Shown here in pieces: positions 1-9,259 of a DNA stretch of 64,000 nucleotides (its first letter is position 1; every line of letters begins with the position of its first letter). The position numbers and the translations under genes are program-made. The DNA is taken from NCBI GenBank assembly GCA_963732195.1, contig CAVSYO010000006.1:40970-104969 (forward strand), written 5' to 3'. The notes below the pieces were generated by a model. The model was not told the DNA's origin and made no database searches. It worked only from the letters and a program-made list of their open reading frames with translations. The DNA comes from Terriglobia bacterium. GTDB taxonomy: Bacteria; Acidobacteriota; Terriglobia; Terriglobales; Acidobacteriaceae.

Positions 1-2119
1 CGCCGTTCGTGACTTTCGTGAACTGGAACAGCTTGGGATCATAACTGATCTGAATGGGCACGGATGCAATGTCCTCGCCCTGTGACAACATGATCGTCAC
101 GGGGAAGGTGCTTCCAACTTGCTGCTGCTGCGTTCCCGGTTCAAGACGCAATCCCACCTGGCCTGGCTTCAGCGTTTGTTGTGGTGCGGGTGTGCTCTGC
201 GATGCGGCATTCTGCTGCGGCTGCTGCCCCGGTATCTGCGTCTGCTGCTGACCTGTAGCCGCGGGCTGCCGTGCAGGTGTCACAGGCGCTCCGCCTGCGG
301 GTTGCTGCTGCGCTGGCGTCGCGGCTGCCGGAGTAACATTGCTGGGAACCGGCTGTCTGCCGGCCATGCGCAAGTCGATTCCGCTGCCGGTGCCCACGTC
401 AAACGCACGACGGTTCAAATCATTGAGTTCCTGCGAGCGCACGATGTGCGGCACCAGTATAAATACCAGTTCGTTCGTAGTATGTTGTTTTTGGGTTGAT
501 GTAAACAAATATTTAAGCAGGGGGATTTCTCCCAGGATTGGCGTCCCACCTATCGTAGTACTGTCCGAGACCTCCAGGATTCCGCCCATCAGGTTGGTCT
601 CTCCATCCATCAAGCGGATCGTGTGCTCGACTTTGCGTGTGCTGATAATCGGCTGCGTAATCCCGCCGATGGTCTGCGATCCGTTCAGGTTTGAAATCTC
701 AAGTGATGTCTTCAGCGTGACCTGCCCGTCTGGATGCACGCGCGGCGTGATTTCCATTTTCACGCCGACGTCTGTATAGGTGAATTGCGTATTCACGCCC
801 ACCGAACCTACACCGGTACCAATGCCCAGAGGCGTACCAAACGAACCGGTCGCAATCGGAATTTTATCGGCAATCGTGAGCGTCGCTTTCTCATTGTCCG
901 TGGCGCGGATCTTCGGGTTCTGCATGATCTTGCTATCGGTATCAGAAAGAATCGCCACGGCCTTCAGAGGATCAATTGTCACCGCATAGTTTGTTGAGTT
1001 CAGGTGCTGCAAGTCGTTAAAGTTCAAGCCCCCACCTGAGGTTGTAGTGGTACCGGTTCCAGTGCCGGTGCTGGTAGTGTTGGTCCCTTGCAGCGCCACG
1101 GTCAGATTTTGTGGCGGCGTAATACCCAGATTGCGCAGCTTGTCGCGCCGTACCTGCGCTACCCACACATCCACAATCACTTCAGGCTTGGATTTATCGA
1201 TATCGTCAATCATCTTGGAGGCCAATGCCAACTGGTCCGGAGTGCCTTTGATCACAATGGCGCTCTGCGACGGAATCTGCTGGATGCGCTGCACCTCAAG
1301 CACAGTGCGGATGGCGTTGACAATGTCCTGAAGATCGGTAGGGCCGGAAACGTTGCCGAGATAGAAAGTCTTTACTACGTTCTGCTCCAGTTCGCGGCGC
1401 TTTGCCTGCGTATCCTGGGCGACAAAAATTGTGTTCGGCGTTACCGGTCGCCAAAAAGTTCGCGATTCCAGAGCCAGAATATCGAGCGCTTCCTGCAAGC
1501 TCACATTCTTCAATTTGATGGCAAGCCGGCGGGAGGTATAGTCAGGATCAAACAGCACATTGATGCCGGCCAGCTTGCCAATGGTTTCATATTCCACTTT
1601 GGAATCGTCCGTCATTTCCAGAGCGGTGATTGGCGAATCAGGAAACTGGGCCAGTGCCACCGGAGAGCTGGCGCCTTCCAAGCGCTTCCGCAGAGGGTCT
1701 TCTTCCTCCCGGCGAGCGGGCGGTGCTGAACTGGCTTGTCCCCCGCCTGGTCCGGCCTTTTGTATCATCAGCTCTGTACGCCGGATTTCCTGTGCCGCCA
1801 GATCGTTGCTGGGATCAATCTCCAGCGCCTGCTGAAAAAGGGTGAGCGCTTCCTGCAGATTGCCCTGGTCCCGAAGCTTTTGTCCCCGCTTGATCTTGCT
1901 TGCGCCGGACAGCATGCGGGTCCGCTCATAAGGCACACGGTATTTCAGATCGTCTGGTTTTTGCTGGTACGCGGCTTTATAAAATTCAAACGCGGCTTCG
2001 TAATCCTGCCGCGCCTCCGCCTTAGCTCCTTTTTGGAAGAGAGTCCTGGCGGATTCCGCGGCGGACAAAAATGCCGCAAAAAGAAACAAAATTGTGAGGG
2101 TTGCTGTAACCTTCCTCAT
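1..2119 (-). CDS. Secretin (GspD/PilQ-type, type II/III secretion family) with signal peptide and N-terminal TPR-like region; 3' end runs off the window
   Basis: Absent from the ORF track because it has no in-window stop. Manual minus-strand translation from ATG 2119 gives MRKVTATLTILFLFAAFLSAAES..QDYEAAFEFYKAAYQQKPDD. Around 490-600 it reads the canonical secretin motif GGTPILGEIPLLKYLFTSTQKQ. The + ORFs listed for 54-2137 are antisense shadows. Confidence 0.8.
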   Translation of the reverse strand, partial: MRKVTATLTILFLFAAFLSAAESARTLFQKGAKAEARQDYEAAFEFYKAAYQQKPDDLKYRVPYERTRMLSGASKIKRGQKLRDQGNLQEALTLFQQALEIDPSNDLAAQEIRRTELMIQKAGPGGGQASSAPPARREEEDPLRKRLEGASSPVALAQFPDSPITALEMTDDSKVEYETIGKLAGINVLFDPDYTSRRLAIKLKNVSLQEALDILALESRTFWRPVTPNTIFVAQDTQAKRRELEQNVVKTFYLGNVSGPTDLQDIVNAIRTVLEVQRIQQIPSQSAIVIKGTPDQLALASKMIDDIDKSKPEVIVDVWVAQVRRDKLRNLGITPPQNLTVALQGTNTTSTGTGTGTTTTSGGGLNFNDLQHLNSTNYAVTIDPLKAVAILSDTDSKIMQNPKIRATDNEKATLTIADKIPIATGSFGTPLGIGTGVGSVGVNTQFTYTDVGVKMEITPRVHPDGQVTLKTSLEISNLNGSQTIGGITQPIISTRKVEHTIRLMDGETNLMGGILEVSDSTTIGGTPILGEIPLLKYLFTSTQKQHTTNELVFILVPHIVRSQELNDLNRRAFDVGTGSGIDLRMAGRQPVPSNVTPAAATPAQQQPAGGAPVTPARQPAATGQQQTQIPGQQPQQNAASQSTPAPQQTLKPGQVGLRLEPGTQQQQVGSTFPVTIMLSQGEDIASVPIQISYDPKLFQFTKVTNG

Positions 2120-2322
2120 ACGCTCCTACTCATCTAGGCTTTTCCTAAGTCCTTCATTTGTCAGGGAAAAATAGTGCAGGCACTTCCCGTCGTCTTACCC
2201 GGAATGAGACTTTTCGGAAGCCAGATTATACACCGGTTTTTGTGCCCTACCTAGAACGACTTTAGTAACCAATTTTGCGCTGTGGTAGCATAAAAAGTTT
2301 GCCGTAAGCACCAGAGTATGCC

Positions 2323-2850
2323 ATGGCCCGCCACACCACACACCAAACCGAGCCTAACAAGCCGAAAAACGTCAAGCGTGATCCTATCGCTTCCGGCGAG
2401 CGCGATGCCACGTTTAACCGGGCCGCCAGCCACAATTATTTCCTTGAAGACAAGATGGAAGCGGGAATCGTACTCACGGGGTCTGAAGTCAAGTCCGTGC
2501 GGGCCGGACGCGCGAACCTGAAAGATGGTTATGCCCTGCTCAAGGATGGCGAATTATGGCTGCTCAATGCTCATATTGGGGCCTATGAGAATGCGGGTTA
2601 TGCCGGACACACGCCGCTCCGCACCCGCAAGCTTCTCGTCCGTGCCGACGAGCTGCGAAAACTCCAGGCCAAAACCCAGCAAAAAGGCTACACCCTGGTG
2701 CCGACGCGCATGTACTTCAAAAACGGTAAGATCAAATGTGAGATTGCGCTGGCCAAGGGTAAACAAAGCTGGGACAAACGCGAAACCGAACGCCGTCGCA
2801 CAGCCGATAAGGAAGCTCGCGAAGCCATTGCCCGATCGCGAAAACAATAG
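2323..2850 (+). CDS. smpB: SsrA-binding protein SmpB
   Basis: 175-aa ORF with GIVLTGSEVKSVRAGRANLKDGYA, PLRTRKLLV, GYTLVPTRMYFKNGKIKCEIALAKGK and a basic C-tail. The start could be an internal Met. Confidence 0.93.
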   Translation: MARHTTHQTEPNKPKNVKRDPIASGERDATFNRAASHNYFLEDKMEAGIVLTGSEVKSVRAGRANLKDGYALLKDGELWLLNAHIGAYENAGYAGHTPLRTRKLLVRADELRKLQAKTQQKGYTLVPTRMYFKNGKIKCEIALAKGKQSWDKRETERRRTADKEAREAIARSRKQ

Positions 2851-2887
2851 CCTCACTTTTTAATAGATAGGAGTTGAACCCGCACTT

Positions 2888-4441
2888 ATGGATACACGCC
2901 TGATCGCAGCCAATCCCGCTGATGTTGAGACCGAATGCCTGGTCGTTTTTGCTTTGGACCATGCGATGAAAGACAGCGCTAATAAAGACCTGGCAAAAAA
3001 CAATCAGGCCTCCGGCAAAGAGGCTCCCAAGCCTGAACCTCGGCTGGCCATAAAAGACAGCGTTTTAGAGAAGGCTGTTGCTGAGCTGGTGGCCAGCGGA
3101 GAAGTTACCGGCAAAGCTTTTGAGACTGTGCTACTCCACCGTCCTCAGGGACTCAAAGCCAAAAGGCTGCTGGTAGTGGGCGCGGGCAAAGCCAAATCCT
3201 TCACCCACGGTGAAGTGCGTAAAGCTGCCGGTAGCGCGATTCGCGCGCTGAAGTCTAAGGCAATCAAAAGCTGCGCCATTTTGGTGCCCGACCTTGCGAC
3301 CGGTGCAGAAGACGCCGTGCGAACCATTGTTGAAGGCGCTCTGGTCGCGGACTTTGATCCCGACACCTACCGCAGCGATCGCAAGGACCTAAGCGTAAAA
3401 GAAATTACCGTGGTTGTTTCATCAGGAGCAGATCAGGGCAAACTTCAAAATGCCATGGCGCAGGGCCGCGTGATCGGCGAATCGCAAAACTTTACCCGCG
3501 AACTGGTGAATGAACCCAGCAACCGCCTTACTCCCACCATGCTGGGCGATCGCGCAAAAAAAATGTGTGACGCCGTTGGTCTGAAATGCGAGCTCATGGG
3601 GCCCGACAAAATCAAAGAAATGAAGATGGGCGCGTTCTGGAGTGTGTCGCAGGGCTCAGACGAGGAGCCTCGTCTGATTGTGATGCGCTATGAACCGAAA
3701 GGCGCGCCGGAAAAACCGGTGCTCGGTCTAGTCGGTAAAGGCATTACATTTGACACTGGCGGCATCTCCATTAAGCCGGCTGATGGCATGGAAAAGATGA
3801 AATATGATATGGCCGGCGGCGCAGCCATGATCGGCGCCATGCGCGCCATTGCGCTGCTTAAGCCCAATGTAAAAGTCATTGGCATTGTTTGCGCATCTGA
3901 AAACATGCCCAGCGGCAAAGCCCAGAAGCCTGGCGACGTGCAGATCGCCATGTCCGGCAAATCCATTGAGATCATTAATACTGATGCTGAAGGCCGCCTC
4001 GTGCTGGCCGACGGCCTCTATTACGCCCGTACTCTCGGCTGTACTCATCTCATCGACGCCGCCACTCTTACCGGCGCGTGCGTCGTCGCGTTGGGTTACG
4101 CCAATGCTGGCGTCTTCGCCAACGATGAAGATGCTTATAAGCACTTCACCACTGCGCTGCAACGGTCCGGAGAAAAATTTTGGCGCTTGCCGCTCGACCA
4201 GGAATATCTTGACCAGATCCGCTCCAACATCGCCGACATCATGAATACAGGGGGACGCTGGGGCGGAGCCAGCACGGCTGCCGTCTTCCTGAAAGAATTC
4301 GTCGACGACACGCCGTGGCTGCACCTCGATATCGCCGGCACCGCATGGATGGAAGAAAACAAAAGCTGGATCGCCAAAGGCCCGTCGGGAATCGGCGTGC
4401 GAAGCTTGATTGAGTTTGTGAGGAGCTTTGAAGGGAAGTAG
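2888..4441 (+). CDS. pepA: Leucyl aminopeptidase (M17)
   Basis: 517-aa ORF with M17 signatures VGKGITFDTGGISIKP, MKYDMAGGAA and NTDAEGRLVLAD. Confidence 0.95.
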   Translation: MDTRLIAANPADVETECLVVFALDHAMKDSANKDLAKNNQASGKEAPKPEPRLAIKDSVLEKAVAELVASGEVTGKAFETVLLHRPQGLKAKRLLVVGAGKAKSFTHGEVRKAAGSAIRALKSKAIKSCAILVPDLATGAEDAVRTIVEGALVADFDPDTYRSDRKDLSVKEITVVVSSGADQGKLQNAMAQGRVIGESQNFTRELVNEPSNRLTPTMLGDRAKKMCDAVGLKCELMGPDKIKEMKMGAFWSVSQGSDEEPRLIVMRYEPKGAPEKPVLGLVGKGITFDTGGISIKPADGMEKMKYDMAGGAAMIGAMRAIALLKPNVKVIGIVCASENMPSGKAQKPGDVQIAMSGKSIEIINTDAEGRLVLADGLYYARTLGCTHLIDAATLTGACVVALGYANAGVFANDEDAYKHFTTALQRSGEKFWRLPLDQEYLDQIRSNIADIMNTGGRWGGASTAAVFLKEFVDDTPWLHLDIAGTAWMEENKSWIAKGPSGIGVRSLIEFVRSFEGK

Positions 4442-5247
4442 CCAGCTTTGCTGCTGGCTCTTAGCTCTTGCGTCTTGCCTTATCATTTAGCTTTCCTTTA
4501 CTTGGCAGAAATCTCGTCACACAGAGACAACTGTTTGCATACGACACAGAAGGAAATATCAGGGTAGCCTTCGTACGCGGAATCCCGAGCGGAATCAAGG
4601 AAGCTCAAAGAGTCCCCGACACCGCCTTCGCATCATGGTTCTTCTCGAATATCGCGGCCACGACTCAATTGGCCGGAGTTTCTGCACCAATTCAAACTTG
4701 TCATTCTGAGTGAAGCTGGCGCGCATGCGACGCGTAGTCGAAGAATCCCGATGTTGACGGTTATGAACATGCCGCTTCAGGGAGTTCTCAAGAGACACAT
4801 GTCCTAACATTGCTCGCTCGACGGTTTCCACCAAGCGTGGGTCTGTAGCATATGAGTGTATGAAGATTCTTGCTCCGGCTGTTAGCGCGCTGGTCTTTGA
4901 ACTCTCATCTAAACCTTGTTCGCCACAGCTCAGCGTCACAGGCTGGAATTATTGAGCCCACGGGTAAGCGGCGAGTGTACTAATCATTCGAGGGATTAAG
5001 CCCCATCCGGGGCAAACTCTCAGCTTTCGTTTTAACTCGGCTAGATTTCGGCGTTCCGCCAGAACCATTTGCATCGATCGGCCAGCGTCGCAGACGCGAA
5101 ACGATGGTGGCTCAGCCCGGACGGCAGGGTCGGGTGCATAGCATCGCTAGTTCTAACCGGACGAGACGCGCCATCCCCGCGCTTCTTCTTGCACATCAAA
5201 ATTCTTGTAATACCGCCGAAGAAGCTTATCGATGAAACAGAGTCTTT

Positions 5248-5499
5248 TTGTCTTGCTGGTGCTGGGATGATAAGCGTTGGCTGCACCAGGCGCGTCCTCA
5301 CTCTGAACTCGGCTATCGTACACCGGAGGAGTTTGCAAGAAATGCGGCGGCCGGTGGCTGTGGAAAGATGGCGGACGGGAGGCTGTGGAAAAGACGGCGG
5401 ACGGGAGGCTGTGGAAAAGACGGCGGCCGGAACGCATTGGAAAACGCTTCGCGTTTCCAACTCTCCCACAGCCGCGACGGCTGCGGGATCAACCTATGA
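5248..5499 (+). pseudogene. C-terminal remnant of an IS3-family (rve/DDE) transposase
   Basis: Reads ..RWLHQARPHSELGYRTPEEFA.., the typical extreme C-terminus of IS3 OrfB. No catalytic core lies upstream, and the frame then runs into a tandem repeat. Confidence 0.55.
5356..5432. repeat. About 27-bp tandem repeat x3 (GGCTGTGGAAAAGACGGCGGACGGGAG)
   Basis: Read directly: three head-to-tail copies with 1-3 mismatches. Confidence 0.85.
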
Positions 5500-5837
5500 G
5501 TGCTATGCTCGAAACCCCAAAACCAGGAAAATATTTCGTCGTCCCTGGACTAAAGTTGGGGGCAGGTCACTGCAAGTCGCGGCCGATTGCAGGATCGCCG
5601 CGCTATTTTCATTTTTCTGAGTAGGATGAACCTGCCTGACCTGTGACAAAAGTACGGGGTTTCAAGTCGTACACCCTGACAAACCACTTCCGTATTACGC
5701 CTGCATTCCATTTTGATTGCATTCGCATACACATCCTTCATCGCACGCAGCCCCGTCTATCATCTTTGCATTCTCTGCAATTTCGCTCGCATCAACGGCT
5801 AGATGGCATAGGGATAGTATCTAAATAGCTGTAATCT

Positions 5838-5874
5838 TTTTGCAGCCTTCTGCTTAGAAGGCAGAGGGACATAA
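5838..5874. repeat. Candidate attL core (37-bp direct repeat, copy 1)
   Basis: TTTTGCAGCCTTCTGCTTAGAAGGCAGAGGGACATAA, identical to 42006-42042. The flanks are unrelated. Confidence 0.75.
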
Positions 5875-6106
5875 AATGTCGGCTGTAGGCTGCTGTTGCA
5901 TTAGCGCCCGTGATCAGCCAGTTTTTGATTGGGCTATGCTTTGACATATTATTGATTGACGTATTGATTGCCATAAGTTTATTTTTAAACAGCTTGCTCA
6001 CTATACCGGCAGGAAACGAGGCTGATGAAAAATCACAGAGGTCCTGACCGGTCTGGTACTCCCACACGAGTAACAGTACAATGTTACTTAGTGACGGTTG
6101 TGCTTT

Positions 6107-7070
6107 CTACTGTTGTCCTGCAATAGCTCTTCCAGTCGCATTTCCTGGGCAGATGGCATTAAGCGCTTCTGCTTTGGCGGCTGTTCTAATTCTGGAATAA
6201 TAGCGGGACATTTTGATCGACTGATGACCCGCGATTGACATAATCGTTTCGTCGGGTGCTCCCGATTCAAAAAGTTTAGTGATGATCTGGTTGCGAAAGT
6301 TTCGTGGCTGCAGCCACTCCAGGCCGGTCTTTTTACGCATCGTTCTGAACGCCGACCGTATAAAGTATGGCGACGCCGGCTTGGTCACGTCATAACTGCC
6401 ACGCTTCAGCCGGTACGGAAAAATATAGTGGTCTGGATGCCAGGCTCCCAGGCGTTTTGCGCGCTCTATGATCCTGCGCACCTGTTTCGCAGCGACTGCA
6501 TTCAGCGGCACCACGCGCGCGCGAAATTCATTTTTTACCTTGGTATCGGGGATGTGGATCGTCGGCGGCTCGTGCTCCAGAAAGACATGCTTCATCTGCA
6601 AGTGCCGCAGCTCAATTCCCATAGCCGATGTATTATTCGTCAGCGAGACCGCCCAGTATGCCACGCTCCAATCCGGCTTGCCCGCCACTACGCGAAAGAA
6701 TCTTTCTTCTTCTTCCGCGGTCAGGACTTTTGGCGGCGTCCAATTGGGTAGCGGCAGCGGCTTGTAATGTTTCTCGATCAGGTCCCATAAATCGGCTGCC
6801 TTTAGAATCTGCGCCAACGTATTCAACTCATGGTTCACGCAGGACGCTCCCGCTTCCATCCGCCGTTTCCGCTGGTATTCCAAGAAAATGGCCGATGTGA
6901 ATTTGCGATAGCAACACGCCGGCAAACATTTTCTTCAGATTTCGGACATACCATTCATACATTTCAATTGTCCGTGGCTTTTTGCTGTGCATTTTCTTGA
7001 TCTCCAGCCAGTGCGTGGCTGCTTCCTCAAAAGGAAGTGTACGAAACTGCAATGGTGTCATCACTCTCAT
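6107..7070 (-). CDS. int: Tyrosine-type phage integrase, split by one apparent frameshift
   Basis: The catalytic part is in ORF 6107-6925 (HPDHYIFPY.., IAGHQSIKMSRYY). The N-terminal core-binding part is in ORF 6828-7070 (MRVMTPLQFRTLPFEEAATHWLEIKK..) in another frame. Removing one nt near 6900-6910 joins them (..VLLS-KFTSAIFLEYQRKR..). Confidence 0.85.
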
Positions 7071-7311
7071 AAGTTCAGGCCTTGCTTTGCGGCACTCCGG
7101 CCGTAGGAAGTAGCCGGGAGAATCGCATACTTGGGTTCAACGTCATTCTATGTGATTCGTGCTTTGTTCGCTACAACAAAATCTAGCGCAGCTATGGGGT
7201 CCTGGCCCACAACATATAGTCTTTGGTCCAAAAACTCATGGGAGACTGCGGAACCTATCTCGATTCCGCCACTGCGCTTTGCCTGAATATGCCGCTTGCC
7301 TTCGTCCCTTT

Positions 7312-7605
7312 TTAGGCCTCGACGGCCGGCTGCAACGGCGTGCTCACCGGCATTAGCGCCATCACGCTTTCAGGCGTGACTTCCCTGCCAGCTACGTCAT
7401 GCGCCGCCTGAACCGCAATCACCGCCAGATTGCCGAACGCCACTGTCACGCGCTCCGTCGTGGCTGCATCGAACTCGCCCGCCCCGCCGTCAGGCGCGAC
7501 TGCACCAAGGATTTGCTCAATGAACAGCGCCGCGTCGGTCACTGTCTTTAGCATCTGTTTCAGTTTGTCTGCCGTGGAAATGCTGGTTACAGGATTTGTT
7601 GCCAA
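7312..7605 (-). CDS. Hypothetical phage protein
   Basis: Minus ORF. The likely start is TTG 7605 behind GAGGTG, or ATG 7554. The upstream part of the tracked ORF runs through a heptamer repeat and is probably not coding. Confidence 0.45.
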   Translation of the reverse strand: MATNPVTSISTADKLKQMLKTVTDAALFIEQILGAVAPDGGAGEFDAATTERVTVAFGNLAVIAVQAAHDVAGREVTPESVMALMPVSTPLQPAVEA

Positions 7606-7626
7606 AATTGCACCTCGTGAAAAACG

Positions 7627-7664
7627 GTATTTAGTAGTTGGTACTTGGTACTTGGTACTTGGTG
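7627..7664. repeat. Heptanucleotide tandem repeat (GTACTTG x3 plus 2 degenerate units)
   Basis: Read directly: GTATTTA GTAGTTG GTACTTG GTACTTG GTACTTG. It lies between two minus-strand genes. Confidence 0.85.
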
Positions 7665-7702
7665 GAAGAGCGGCCATTTATGGCCGCGAAAGATCGTCTA
7701 TA

Positions 7703-8464
7703 TTATTTATCCTGGGCTTCAGCCCCTGGAATCGCCAGCTTCAGCGCCGCAATCGCCGCCACAGGGTCCTGAACATTAAGCTTTCCCACAGCTCCCACAG
7801 GCTTCTTCCCCATCAGCCCGCGCACCGCGTTCAGCAGCGCCGGAAACTGTTCCAGCAATCCCACAACCGCTGCTTGTTTTTCCTGCAACGTTGCTGATTT
7901 ATCTTTTGCCACTTTTGCTACTGCATACGCGGCAAAGGCATCCACGGCGGCAATCTGCGCCTGGCGCGCTTTCTCCACGGCCTGTTGCGCCTCGCGCGTC
8001 TGCGGCAGATAAAACGCTTGCGGATCAAACGCCGCATCCTGCGCGGCATCCTGTGAACCGCCGGCGCATGCATGCCGGATGTCGGCGTCAAAGTGGTTAT
8101 AGCCCGCCACCGCACAATCGATCAGCGCTTTGCTCGCGGCCAGTGATGCATACGTCGTCTGGTCCCACGTGCTCACGCACCCCGCCAGCAGCGCGCATGC
8201 AGGGATCGTCACGCAAAATGCCAGCACGCTGGTAATCTTCGTCCAGTCAGTGATGCGTGCCGGCTGGTTTCCCGGCAGTGGCGACTGCTTCAGATACAGC
8301 AGCACTGACTTCACGCCAATCACCAGCGCTGCCGCGCCAATTTTCGTCAGCCCGGCTTTGGAAAAGTTAAAGCTCGCCGGATCCAGTTGCATGGTGGCCA
8401 GCGCGGTAATCATTGAGCTCAGCGCAAACACGCCCAGCCCCTTGAACCAGGTTGCAAGGTTCAT
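7703..8464 (-). CDS. Membrane protein of the lysis region (holin- or spanin-like; function uncertain)
   Basis: 253 aa with three hydrophobic segments in the first ~105 aa. The third ends in a lipobox-like ALLAGC. An Ala/Gln-rich helical C-terminal half follows. It sits next to the endolysin. Confidence 0.55.
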   Translation of the reverse strand: MNLATWFKGLGVFALSSMITALATMQLDPASFNFSKAGLTKIGAAALVIGVKSVLLYLKQSPLPGNQPARITDWTKITSVLAFCVTIPACALLAGCVSTWDQTTYASLAASKALIDCAVAGYNHFDADIRHACAGGSQDAAQDAAFDPQAFYLPQTREAQQAVEKARQAQIAAVDAFAAYAVAKVAKDKSATLQEKQAAVVGLLEQFPALLNAVRGLMGKKPVGAVGKLNVQDPVAAIAALKLAIPGAEAQDK

Positions 8465-8522
8465 GGTGTTCTCCTCTTTTCGATTGAAATTGTTCTTAAG
8501 TTCGGATCATTGGAAGCCAGAG

Positions 8523-8564
8523 GCTCTTGGCTCTTGGCTCTTGGCTCTTGGCTCTTGGCTTTTG
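8523..8564. repeat. Heptanucleotide tandem repeat (GCTCTTG x5 plus GCTTTTG)
   Basis: Read directly. It lies between the endolysin and the downstream membrane-protein gene. Confidence 0.9.
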
Positions 8565-8659
8565 GCCACTTCAGGCTCTTTGGCTCGGGTTTCGGCCTGC
8601 TTGTGAAGAGCAGATCGATGAGCAACTGGGTGACAGCCTCAGGTCTGTGGGTTAGAGAG

Positions 8660-9259
8660 CTAAATTAGCTGGGCTTGAGCTCCTATCACGCCTCCGCCCT
8701 CTTCATCCATCCCGCGTAGGTTCACCGCCTGCGCTGGATTCACCGCCGCCACGTGCCGGTAATGCGCAGCACTCAGTTCGCAAAGCGCCTGGTAATACGC
8801 AATGGGATCGGCGCCATTGATGGCCGCCAGTGTTTTCGGGCCAATCTCGCCGTCTTCAACCAGCTTGCCCTCGCCGATGACGAGTGCGTTCGCCGCGCGC
8901 TGGGCATAGACCGCTGCCTGCCGCACTCCCATGTTCACGCCCATATCGAACAGCTTGTTGGCCACGTTCTGGTTCTCTACTTCGGCCAGGCGCATGCGGT
9001 CCCAGTATTCGCGTTCTTCAATCTTCTCTGCTTCGGCCAGCGCATCTTCCGCCGGTCCGGTAAAGAATTCCTCCGGCAGATCAGGATGGAACTTTTCCGC
9101 AATGCCAAAGCGCGTGCGCCCGCCGGCATCCACAGTCACCTTGCCGGAGCGGGTTGAATCTTCATGTTGCAGCGTGAATAAAAATGCCGTTTTGAAATCG
9201 GCCATGGCTTCTTCTCCAAAATTGAAATTGGTGGTTCGGTCATCAGGAACGGTGATCAA
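8660..9259 (-). CDS. Endolysin, GH108-type lysozyme with PG_binding_3-like C-terminal domain
   Basis: FLFTLQHEDS..VDAGGRTRFGI resembles the GH108 N-terminal motif. LVEDGEIGPKTLAAINGADP resembles PG_binding_3. The likely true start is MADFKT at 9205. Confidence 0.8.
   Translation of the reverse strand: MITVPDDRTTNFNFGEEAMADFKTAFLFTLQHEDSTRSGKVTVDAGGRTRFGIAEKFHPDLPEEFFTGPAEDALAEAEKIEEREYWDRMRLAEVENQNVANKLFDMGVNMGVRQAAVYAQRAANALVIGEGKLVEDGEIGPKTLAAINGADPIAYYQALCELSAAHYRHVAAVNPAQAVNLRGMDEEGGGVIGAQAQLI

Noticed and set aside
54-2137. A string of + strand ORFs (65-213 aa) covering the first 2.1 kb
   Set aside because: They are Cys/Arg/Leu-rich antisense shadows of the minus-strand secretin gene. 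That gene translates cleanly from ATG 2119 and contains the secretin motif.
2138-2322. tmRNA (ssrA) next to smpB
   Set aside because: There is no tRNA-like 3' end (GGTTCGAnTCC..CCA) or tag reading frame here or in 4442-4600.
4595-4939. HepT/DUF86 toxin remnant (..GARIFIHSYATDPRLVETVERA.. resembles the RxxxxHxY motif)
   Set aside because: A single short motif in an otherwise implausible 114-aa ORF, with no partner nucleotidyltransferase gene. The evidence is insufficient.
5838-5874. A tRNA-Arg(TCT) gene at the attachment site
   Set aside because: Only an anticodon-arm-like hairpin is present. The flanks at both copies lack D-arm, T-arm (GGTTCGAATCC-type) and acceptor sequence.
5792-6067. ORF reading through attL (..HFMSLCLLSRRLQ..) and the identical MSLCLLSRRLQ start of ORF 41195-42040
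   Set aside because: The shared peptide is just the 37-bp att repeat translated. It is not evidence of coding.
7071-7311. Excisionase gene between int and the next phage gene
   Set aside because: Only 15-23-aa ORFs without an RBS or helix-turn-helix-like sequence were found on either strand.
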